From the NCBI GenBank assembly GCA_965662335.1, contig CBFIGQ010000001.1, forward strand, positions 1 to 41,656: a DNA stretch of 41,656 nucleotides, written 5' to 3'. Position numbers and translations under genes: made by a program. The stretch comes from Minisyncoccia bacterium. Its GTDB lineage: Bacteria; Patescibacteriota; Minisyncoccia; Phycocordibacterales; UBA9973. This document shows positions 8,194 through 15,853 of the stretch, piece after piece. The notes below the pieces were generated by a model. The model searched no databases. It had not been told where the DNA came from and was given only the letters and a program-made list of their open reading frames with translations. The first letter of the stretch is position 1; each line of letters starts with the position of its first letter.

Positions 8194-8703
8194 ATGGCAA
8201 TTATCAAACACAAGGATCAGCGCGTCGGCATATTTATTGATGCACAAAATCTCTATCACACCGCAAAACACATCTACAAGCGCAAAGTAAACTTTGCAAA
8301 TATCGTCAAAGACGCACTTGCGGGTCGCTCGCTCGTGCGCGCCATCGCCTATGTGATCACCACTGAAAACGAAGATGAAAAGGCATTCCTGGGAGCACTC
8401 AACAAGAGTGGTATCGAAACCAAGAGCAAGGATCTCCAAATATTTTATGACGGCAGCAAAAAAGCTGACTGGGATATTGGTCTGGCTATCGACTGCGTTA
8501 CGATGGCGCCCAAGCTCGATGCGATTGTTATCGTGTCGGGAGACGGCGACTTTGTGCCGCTCTGTAGCTACCTACGCTATCACCATGGAGTGCAAGTAGA
8601 GGTCGCAACGTTTGGGCAAAGCGCATCGGCATCGCTTAAAAATGCAGCGGACGACTTTCTTGACTTATCAGCGCACGCAAAGAAATACCTCATCGGTTTT
8701 TAA
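8194..8703 (+). CDS. NYN domain (LabA/DUF88, PIN-like) protein
   Basis: VGIFIDAQNLY, KADWDIGLAID, IVSGDGDFVPL, LKNAADDFLDL. Confidence 0.92.
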   Translation: MAIIKHKDQRVGIFIDAQNLYHTAKHIYKRKVNFANIVKDALAGRSLVRAIAYVITTENEDEKAFLGALNKSGIETKSKDLQIFYDGSKKADWDIGLAIDCVTMAPKLDAIVIVSGDGDFVPLCSYLRYHHGVQVEVATFGQSASASLKNAADDFLDLSAHAKKYLIGF

Positions 8704-8706
8704 ACT

Positions 8707-9564
8707 ATGCCAGATACAGCGCCAAACGAAAACACCAATCGCCCCGTCATAGAGACCTATGAAGGCGACCTTTCGCTTGCAATGGACGCAACCGATGCAA
8801 AGGTAGTACAAGAACTCCTGGCGACCGCACGAAACAAAGAAAGTGCCGCAGTTGAGCGCGAGCATGTACGCAGACAGCGCGGATGGTATACAGCAGGGGG
8901 ATTTATCCTGCTTCTTCTTGCACTCCTCTCCCTTGGCTATGGTATCTACTACTACAAGCATCTCACTGTCCCCATCACCGAGCAGATAAAAGTCGGCGTC
9001 TTTCAGTCACTTGACCCGGTAGATACGAGCACCACAACGGTAGATCAGGCACTCGATGCAGCTCTCGCCCATACTGACCTCCCCGAAGGAAAGCCATTTC
9101 TGCTCCCACTCGTCACCGACAGCACAAGTCTCGCGCCACTCTCTGTAGAACAGGTGCTCTCCTATATACACGGCCCAACGAGCGAGCCGTTTATTGCAGC
9201 AAATTCTCTCGTGCGGCTCGGCGTACTCAACACCGGCACACAGGTTGCGCCCTTTATTATTTTTTCTGTACCTGATCCAGATATCGCGACTAAGGAATTT
9301 CTTATCGCAGAGCCAACACTCCTTGCAGACCTCGCTACTGGGCTGCGCATTGACCTCACTCGCCATCAGGAAGAAGTAGGGAAAGGGTTTGTTTCAAGTT
9401 ACATGTACAACCTTCCAGTGCGAAGTGTGCGCTCGCTCAACATTGATACTGGTGAAGAAACTCTCATCCTATACTATGGTTTTGCCAGTGACCACACCAT
9501 AGTTGCAGCAAGTAATCCAAGCATCCTCAAGGCAGTCTACGACACAATCATCCGTCAGCACTAG
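8707..9564 (+). CDS. Single-pass membrane protein, unknown function
   Basis: 285 aa; N-terminal IETYEGDL motif, one TM helix near aa 62-84. Confidence 0.75.
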   Translation: MPDTAPNENTNRPVIETYEGDLSLAMDATDAKVVQELLATARNKESAAVEREHVRRQRGWYTAGGFILLLLALLSLGYGIYYYKHLTVPITEQIKVGVFQSLDPVDTSTTTVDQALDAALAHTDLPEGKPFLLPLVTDSTSLAPLSVEQVLSYIHGPTSEPFIAANSLVRLGVLNTGTQVAPFIIFSVPDPDIATKEFLIAEPTLLADLATGLRIDLTRHQEEVGKGFVSSYMYNLPVRSVRSLNIDTGEETLILYYGFASDHTIVAASNPSILKAVYDTIIRQH

Positions 9565-9626
9565 GCATTTCTTTGACTGTGCAAAACTCCCTTGTGCATT
9601 CCCAATGGCGTGCTACTATAGCCCTG

Positions 9627-9980
9627 ATGAATATCACACACTACAAAGAAAAGCTGCTCGAAGAAAAGAAAACCTTGGAAGAAGAGCTCAGTACTATTGC
9701 GCTCTATAACACCGAAACCAACCTCTGGGAGGCAACCCCAGACCAGGACATGATGGGCGAAATAGATGACAATGATGCAGCAGATCGCTTTGAGGATTTT
9801 GAAAGTCGAAGTGGTATGGTAACGACACTTCAGTCACGACTTACCGATGTCGAAAAGTCACTCAAGAAAATAGAAGACGGCACCTACGGCATCTGTGAAG
9901 TAGGAGGGGAAAAGATAGAAGAAGCCCGCCTCGATGCAAATCCATCGGCAAAGACGTGCAAGGAACACATGAATGGATAA
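9627..9980 (+). CDS. DksA/TraR family protein
   Basis: Coiled coil with DxxDxA tip (DDNDAA); GTYGICEVGGEKIEEARLDANPSAKTCKEH is a degenerate Zn finger (CxxG...CxxH). Confidence 0.9.
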   Translation: MNITHYKEKLLEEKKTLEEELSTIALYNTETNLWEATPDQDMMGEIDDNDAADRFEDFESRSGMVTTLQSRLTDVEKSLKKIEDGTYGICEVGGEKIEEARLDANPSAKTCKEHMNG

Positions 9981-9982
9981 AG

Positions 9983-10007
9983 AAAACCCCCTTATTGGGG
10001 GGTTTTT
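9983..10007. terminator. Bidirectional terminator between convergent genes
   Basis: AAAACCCCC-TTATTG-GGGGGTTTT. Confidence 0.75.
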
Positions 10008-10783
10008 GTTGTTGCACTATTCCAAGAGATTTCAAACATCATTCGCATAAAGTCCGCTACAGCTTTATTTTGGATAATGACTGAATGAAGTCCGGCATCC
10101 CAGACTGTATATGATATAACATCTCCCCAAATTGATACGTTTACCTTGGGATCATATAGTTCTTTGGGTAAGAAGCGTATTTCTCGCATCTTAAATTTTG
10201 AATCCTTTACTTCCTCTGCTGAGTACCGACTCTCTGGTTGCAAAAGACGGGCAAACAGTTTCTTTTTCATGCGTTCTTCGCGATACTGTTTGAGCCTATC
10301 TCGAGCAACCGTGAAATACTGGGGATCTCCACCGAATCGAAGCACTTCACTACCCTTGGGTTGCTTGAGCGACCGATAAAATGTCTCAACGAAACCATCT
10401 TCGCCTTCAAGGTGCTCTATTTCTATCGGTTCTGCCCCAAGAGCAACAGGGAACAGTGCGGCGAGCTTGGGCGCAATGGTTTCAAATGAAGATTTCTTGA
10501 TCGCAATCTGGTTTTCTTCGTATGACAAGTAATTTTTGATCGACCTGGGGTGCTCAATATAGAAATTGCGCCGTTTGCCACTTGCCACTACTTTCAAGAC
10601 GCCGCGCTCAAGGAGCTGCTTGCAGGCGAGCTGGACGGACGAGCGGGGAAGAGCGAGTTCGTTGGTAATATCTTGAATCCCTGACATATTCTTTTTGAGC
10701 AGGAGCATGACGACCTGTGTTTGTGTTCTATCGAGTCCGATCTCAGATAGCGTCTGCCGTATTTCTTGGGGTATATTGAGCAT
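9992..10783 (-). CDS. TrmB-family transcriptional regulator (wHTH plus C-terminal PLD-like/effector domain)
   Basis: LSEIGL..wHTH LPRSSVQ..L.ERGVL; HLEGEDG; RMKKKLFARLL; IRFLP; IWGDVI; SVIIQNKAVADFMRMMFEISW. Confidence 0.85.
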   Translation of the reverse strand: MLNIPQEIRQTLSEIGLDRTQTQVVMLLLKKNMSGIQDITNELALPRSSVQLACKQLLERGVLKVVASGKRRNFYIEHPRSIKNYLSYEENQIAIKKSSFETIAPKLAALFPVALGAEPIEIEHLEGEDGFVETFYRSLKQPKGSEVLRFGGDPQYFTVARDRLKQYREERMKKKLFARLLQPESRYSAEEVKDSKFKMREIRFLPKELYDPKVNVSIWGDVISYTVWDAGLHSVIIQNKAVADFMRMMFEISWNSATTKTPQ

Positions 10784-10873
10784 AAAATGACAAATATTTT
10801 TGTTAAATGAGTAAAATATACTTAAAAATGCTTTTATATCAATATGATACCATTTTGTATATAACAAAGTATA

Positions 10874-10902
10874 TTGACATATCTATCCTAAGCTGGTATT
10901 CT
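10874..10902 (+). promoter_or_regulatory. Strong sigma70 promoter
   Basis: TTGACA (10874-79), 17 bp, TATTCT (10897-902) with TGn extension; predicted start ~10909. Confidence 0.8.
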
Positions 10903-10908
10903 GATCTC

Positions 10909-11370
10909 AGAACATTGAAATAAACCTTTTCGAGAGGCGACTACTGGGAACTTGAACCGACTTCCCGGTAGCCGCTTCTTGAGAAAGAAGCAGAAAATGG
11001 TTGTCGTCAGTCATTCGGCAATGTTTGCCTTACTTAGGTGGACGCGATAATCCCTCTTGGGATATCAAAGTAGGACTTGTTCCAAAAATGACTATTTCTT
11101 TAAAAGCAGGCCGGCGACCAACCGGCAAGTAGAACGTCAGTTCATCGCCAACTGAGCGGTGAATAGGTGAGAGGAGTTACGACTCCTCAAGAAGTGCCAC
11201 CGGCATATCCGAATGACTGACTCGAGAGCTGATCACTGTTCGAGGAGCAACTTTTGTTCCTTGCGCAGGGAACACTAGACGCGTCGACAAACTGGCACGT
11301 ATATACCTAGCGTGTTTTCAGTAATGAAAACAAAGGGTTCGGAGAAGCCGAAAAACGGCTTCTCCTTTCT
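10909..11370 (+). ncRNA. Putative large structured RNA or 5' leader of unknown family
   Basis: No plus-strand ORF of 60 aa or more; 24-bp hairpin 10927-10984 with G-U pairs on the plus strand; perfect 13-bp long-range helix 11006-11018/11209-11221; about eight further hairpins. Confidence 0.65.
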
Positions 11371-11437
11371 ATCAAAATCTTGAGCTAGTGTTCGAGGTTT
11401 TGTAGAGAATTGATCTTTAAACTTTAAAATAATAACG

Positions 11438-12364
11438 ATGAATACGACAAACGTTTCAGACAGCATGCAGTTTTCACTCGGGGTTGATCCTGTTGATCTT
11501 GAATGGGTCACCGTCCTAAAGAAAAAAATAGATGCACTTCCAAATGCAGAAGATTTCCGTGACGTACACATGATTTGCATTGAAAATAGTGCCAATGGCA
11601 ACCATTTGCAAAATGCATATGGCGTGACTATTGCAATGAATATGCTTCGGAAAGAGCCAAACGCAAAGATTCTTCTGTACGGCGTGTTGCCAATGGAATA
11701 CCTTCGCAGGAAAAAACCAGAGATCGATATTGTGCTCAAACACGACAATGTTCGGCTGATGGAAATTCCTTTCAGGTTCGAAGACCTGGCAACAGCATTT
11801 CAGAAACCGAATGAAGTTTCAATGCAAGGATACACGGCAACCGATGAAGCAAAGAAATACATCAGCCACATTTTCCACGACTTAAAGTATGTTCCAAACT
11901 GGGATACCCCAGCAGCATACGGAAACGCAAAGTTTCAAAGCATCATGGAGAAAGTGAAAGAGTATTTCCCAAGTTTCGCTCAATGCGAACCCGCGATCAT
12001 TATTGAATTTCTCAAGTCAGTCTCTGACTCCAGGGAAGAGGTAATGAAAGGAGTGAAGCTTTCCGGTGTGTACTGCGATGTAGAAGGTACGGTGCTTGTG
12101 GAAGGAAAAGTAAACGAGAAAGTAGTTGCAATGCTTGCGCGTTACGAAGGGCAAGGAAAAACTATTATGCTATGGAGCGATGGCGATATCAAGGTGCTCG
12201 CGGAAACGCTTGCAAACCTTGGCATCACTTACCCGCTTACAAGCAAGTTTGACCATGCAGGAGCGATTGCTGAGATCGTCATCGACGACCAGGATGAGTT
12301 CACCTTTGGGGCGCGCACCAAGATTGCCGCAGAAACCTTTCTCAGGGCTGCTGACATCGCGTAG
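11438..12364 (+). CDS. Hypothetical protein: receiver-like N-terminal region plus C-terminal HAD-like domain
   Basis: GVYCDVEGTVL (HAD motif I-like), IMLWSDG (motif II-like), EIVIDD (motif IV-like); YGVTIAMNMLRKEPNAKILLYG resembles a receiver alpha3-beta4 segment. Confidence 0.6.
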   Translation: MNTTNVSDSMQFSLGVDPVDLEWVTVLKKKIDALPNAEDFRDVHMICIENSANGNHLQNAYGVTIAMNMLRKEPNAKILLYGVLPMEYLRRKKPEIDIVLKHDNVRLMEIPFRFEDLATAFQKPNEVSMQGYTATDEAKKYISHIFHDLKYVPNWDTPAAYGNAKFQSIMEKVKEYFPSFAQCEPAIIIEFLKSVSDSREEVMKGVKLSGVYCDVEGTVLVEGKVNEKVVAMLARYEGQGKTIMLWSDGDIKVLAETLANLGITYPLTSKFDHAGAIAEIVIDDQDEFTFGARTKIAAETFLRAADIA

Positions 12365-12527
12365 TAAAAACGGACCGGTCTCACTTATATCTTCTTTTTC
12401 TAGAGAGGATCCGGTTGGCAACAGAAAGTACGTCTTCGGGCGGAAAAAGTGATTCACTGGCAAGTTCGCTTGCCTTTCTTTTTAAAACCAATAAGAAATT
12501 AATGGTTTTAAAAGGGAAGTAGTTTAA

Positions 12528-12555
12528 TTGACTATTTCTTATAAAATGTTATAAT
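12528..12555 (+). promoter_or_regulatory. sigma70 promoter
   Basis: TTGACT...TGTTATAAT upstream of 12571, just after a long hairpin at ~12474-12519. Confidence 0.65.
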
Positions 12556-12570
12556 AAAATTGATTAGAGT

Positions 12571-12867
12571 ATGACAAGAACGGTTACATCGTCCATCCTA
12601 TGGGCGATCGCAGTACTTGGCTTGATGGCGTTGGCGGGATATGCCGGATACTATGCAATGCACACGACTGGCCGCACGCAATCGGGCTGGGACATGTGCT
12701 TGTGCATAGTTGGCTTTTTATTTGTAATGGTATTGGACCTCAATGACTACAGAGGAGGGAACTGGCTGCCTAAAGTACTAGGCGTGCTAGCTATCCTCCT
12801 GGCAGTAATATTTGGGGTACATTACTTTGCAGGAGAAGCCGGCCTTAAAGCGCTGCTCGAATGGTAG
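12571..12867 (+). CDS. Small membrane protein, three TM helices
   Basis: Three hydrophobic segments in 98 aa. Confidence 0.75.
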   Translation: MTRTVTSSILWAIAVLGLMALAGYAGYYAMHTTGRTQSGWDMCLCIVGFLFVMVLDLNDYRGGNWLPKVLGVLAILLAVIFGVHYFAGEAGLKALLEW

Positions 12868-13001
12868 TATAGATAACCAAAAATATCTATAAGGTTTTTG
12901 CTGACACCTCATTGTAAAGTCGGCATCATTTTTGAGCTCTTAATACTTTTATTGAGGGTTCAAAATCGGAAATTTAGTTCTTTAACGTTAAAACTAAACG
13001 T

Positions 13002-13796
13002 ATGCTTTCATTGGAATCTTTTAAGGCAAAGGCCTTTGAACTGTTTGGAGCAGAAGAAGCGAAGATGACCTCTTCAGATCCAATTTCATTTCTTTATGCT
13101 CAAGAATGGAACATTCCGAATGGTTCGGCATTTCCTGAAGATGAGATGGCACGCATGAATGTGCGTCTCGATGACAGAGGGTGTTTCGGTAGAGCAGTAA
13201 AAGCTGCAGTTTTGGTTGAGAAATATTTTCCTGGTGAACAACTTATGTATGGAGAAGTGCTCGAGGATTTGCTCAGAGCAATGCTTCTCCAAGACATTAC
13301 ACCAGCGAACTGGCACGATGACACGTATATTGCTGAAATACTTCAGTATGAAAATCCGCACGCGATTATCGTATGCGGCAGCAAGCAATTTGATCCGCTC
13401 TTTCTTTCGCTCGATGCAACACCTGCACGGTGTAGGCATCCTCGAATAGCAGAGCACGATATATGGAACGGCTTATATGCCACATATCTGACAAGCTATG
13501 CAAACATTGTGGATTCTGAAAAAGGATCCGTGGAAAGTATTTCCATTTTGCGTATAGCAGAAAAGATGTGTCCTTCTCTAATACTTACACAAGAACTCAT
13601 AGCTTCTCGGCTTGGTATGCTTCAACTATTTCATGAATCAATTCCGATTCTTGAAGAAGTTGCAAAAAAGCGCACCGATGCAAAGATTTTATTTATTTTG
13701 TGGATGTTGACTGAGAAACCATACTATCGTGATCAAATTGTTACACTATACGACAAACAAATGCTCAATTTCTTAACCAAAATGTATGTAGTATGA
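13002..13796 (+). CDS. Putative transglutaminase-like (Cys-His-Asp) protein with helical/TPR-like C-terminus
   Basis: RGCFGRA ... PHAIIV ... QFDP order and spacing of a papain/transglutaminase-fold triad. Confidence 0.55.
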   Translation: MLSLESFKAKAFELFGAEEAKMTSSDPISFLYAQEWNIPNGSAFPEDEMARMNVRLDDRGCFGRAVKAAVLVEKYFPGEQLMYGEVLEDLLRAMLLQDITPANWHDDTYIAEILQYENPHAIIVCGSKQFDPLFLSLDATPARCRHPRIAEHDIWNGLYATYLTSYANIVDSEKGSVESISILRIAEKMCPSLILTQELIASRLGMLQLFHESIPILEEVAKKRTDAKILFILWMLTEKPYYRDQIVTLYDKQMLNFLTKMYVV

Positions 13797-13987
13797 CACG
13801 TTCGGACTTGTCACCCGCGATGCAGAAGGCATACGACGCCCTTCCACCCGAAGATGGAGCTGCCATGCTCAAGGACTGGGAAGCCCTACATAACGCAACT
13901 ATACGGGCTGCCATTTCTCAGGTTATGGCGCGCAACAATTCGCACAATGCAGGGAAGCATGTGCTGGAAGTGCAAAACAGAAATTAA
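13793..13987 (+). CDS. Small hypothetical protein
   Basis: ATGA overlap with the upstream gene (translational coupling), 64 aa. Confidence 0.6.
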   Translation: MTRSDLSPAMQKAYDALPPEDGAAMLKDWEALHNATIRAAISQVMARNNSHNAGKHVLEVQNRN

Positions 13988-14102
13988 TTCCCAAAGGAAT
14001 ACGGACGAGCCTATCAGTAAAATCGTCCACATTTTAGAGCTCATGAATAATTCGTGGTCTCTAAATGAAGTAATCTATTTGTTCATTTTTAAACTTAATA
14101 GC

Positions 14103-14333
14103 TTGAAAACAAAATCTGTAATCAAACGTGCAATGATCGCCCTTGTTTTGGGTGCACTACTCACAATTACCGGCGTAGAAGATCATGCTATGAATTTAGC
14201 ACTACGCGGAGAACCTGAATTTGCCGAGAATATATCGTTTCTTGATTATATTCCAGGAACCCTTGTTTTGGGACTTTTATTTTTCCTACTGTCTTTGTGT
14301 CTTACAACTAAAAAAGATGTTACGGAAAGATAG
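14103..14333 (+). CDS. Small membrane protein, two TM helices
   Basis: Probable TTG start at 14103 after the leader module; two hydrophobic segments. Confidence 0.55.
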   Translation: MKTKSVIKRAMIALVLGALLTITGVEDHAMNLALRGEPEFAENISFLDYIPGTLVLGLLFFLLSLCLTTKKDVTER

Positions 14334-14448
14334 GCACTACATAAATGGTTTTGCGTCATGGCAACCTTCGGGTTGCTTTCTTTATCAAGCTCGTATGGTA
14401 AGCGGGTTTGTAGAGAAATTTGATCTTTTCACAAATTAAAAAAACGAT

Positions 14449-14910
14449 ATGAAAAAAGGAACAATTATTTTCTTGATCATTTTACTGGCAATCGGCGGTG
14501 GGATGCTTTGGTATGACATTACAACCTATACCCCATGTGATGTTACACAACGGATATATTCCGAAAAGAACTTTTCGGATCTAAGGGTGACATTCAATCC
14601 CGAACTCTCAACAGTAGATTCGTTCCATGTTGGTGCTCTCTCCTGGGAAACGAGTTGTGTACAAGGAACACTCGAAGAAAATGCTTCCTGGATTGATTCA
14701 AGTTATAAAGTTCTTGCAAAACTAGTATCCCACCAGCCGGGCGGAAGTATCAGATTATCAATAACTATTGAGCATGACGCTATGTTTGGTTTTGATGAGT
14801 GCGAAACCCCCGGAAAGCTGTACATACCTGTCACAGTATACAGTGGAAACAGGGTGAAAATTTTTACACTCCGGTCGGACGGGCCAAAAATTAGAACAAC
14901 AAGAATGTAG
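14449..14910 (+). CDS. Membrane-anchored/exported hypothetical protein
   Basis: MKKGTIIFLIILLAIGGGMLWY signal-anchor. Confidence 0.75.
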   Translation: MKKGTIIFLIILLAIGGGMLWYDITTYTPCDVTQRIYSEKNFSDLRVTFNPELSTVDSFHVGALSWETSCVQGTLEENASWIDSSYKVLAKLVSHQPGGSIRLSITIEHDAMFGFDECETPGKLYIPVTVYSGNRVKIFTLRSDGPKIRTTRM

Positions 14911-14930
14911 CGGTAACCAAAAAAACATTT

Positions 14931-14956
14931 AAGCAACCCTCACCGGTTGCTTTTTT
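14931..14956 (+). terminator. Intrinsic terminator ending the accessory array
   Basis: AAGCAACC-CTCACC-GGTTGCTTTTTT. Confidence 0.8.
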
Positions 14957-14960
14957 AATT

Positions 14961-15326
14961 TTGTGGGCGCATAGTTTCACAGATGAAAAAGATTGTGAGG
15001 GAAAAGTCGGAAAGACATTTTCACAGAGGGTTGTAGAACTTGCACTCATGATCCCAAAGGGGAGAGTCACAACATATGGACATGTTGCACGAGCTGCAGG
15101 TGGGGGCGGACAAGCAGCGCGGAGCGTGACGGGGATTTTAGGAAAAGCATATGCTAGCGGAGAAACGAGAATTCCGTTTCACCGTATCGTATACGCCGGC
15201 GGCAAAGTGTGGACAAATGATGAGTACCGCGCAAAGCGCATGAAGCTCTACAAAGAAGAAGGTATTGAAATTAATCCAAAAGGGTACATCAAAAATTTTG
15301 AAGAAAAACTCTACGAATTTAACTAA
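14961..15326 (+). CDS. MGMT-family DNA-binding protein, alkyltransferase-like (no catalytic Cys); start uncertain
   Basis: IPKGRVTTYGHVA..AARSV; IPFHRIV instead of PCHRV; LYKEEGI. Confidence 0.85.
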   Translation: MWAHSFTDEKDCEGKVGKTFSQRVVELALMIPKGRVTTYGHVARAAGGGGQAARSVTGILGKAYASGETRIPFHRIVYAGGKVWTNDEYRAKRMKLYKEEGIEINPKGYIKNFEEKLYEFN

Positions 15327-15368
15327 TTGACTTTTGTGTGTAGCCGGGTAGAGTACATAAAAAACTAT

Positions 15369-15764
15369 ATGGATACATGTAACCCCACTACGGTTTTTAA
15401 TAGTATTTGTAACCTATATGGAAAGGGTAGTAAAACACCATTTTTCTTTTCACAAATTTTTGAAAGTGCTACATATATTGGTGTAGAAGTTGAGGTAGAT
15501 AAGGCTCCATACGGAAACCCTATATTTGCGATGCACCAGAAAAATGATGAAGCATACTTTACTGTGTTTCATCCAAGTCCCCAGAAACAGTATTATGAAG
15601 ATAAACTTCGTGAATACTTTGAGATCAAGTGCTCGTCTGAAGGAATACGTTATTCAATTGGATCATTTGTATATGCGAAACTAGAGGACAATACTATTGC
15701 TCACATTACCGTCTGGGAGGTCAAAACAATTTTCTACGTATTACGCGACTGGTTACTCGCCTGA
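15369..15764 (+). CDS. Hypothetical protein
   Basis: ATG at 15369; followed by the ACGCACCCG/CGGGTGCGT terminator (15780-15804). Confidence 0.55.
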   Translation: MDTCNPTTVFNSICNLYGKGSKTPFFFSQIFESATYIGVEVEVDKAPYGNPIFAMHQKNDEAYFTVFHPSPQKQYYEDKLREYFEIKCSSEGIRYSIGSFVYAKLEDNTIAHITVWEVKTIFYVLRDWLLA

Positions 15765-15853
15765 TACACTATTACTCGTACGCACCCGCTTCGGGTGCGT
15801 TTTTGTTTCACAATCTTTATCTTTTCTTTATCTCGGTTTTGTAAAATTGTTTC

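Noticed and set aside
10909-11370. RNase P RNA, tmRNA, SRP RNA or group II intron as the identity of the structured region
   Set aside because: No GAGGAAAGUCC, no tRNA-like ends or tag ORF, no SRP helix-8 motif, no GUGYG start or domain V that I could find
11341-14430. Integron attC array
   Set aside because: Hairpins lack RYYYAAC/GTTRRRY ends; the nearby recombinase looks like a housekeeping Xer without an evident IntI insertion; G-U pairs favour a plus-strand RNA structure
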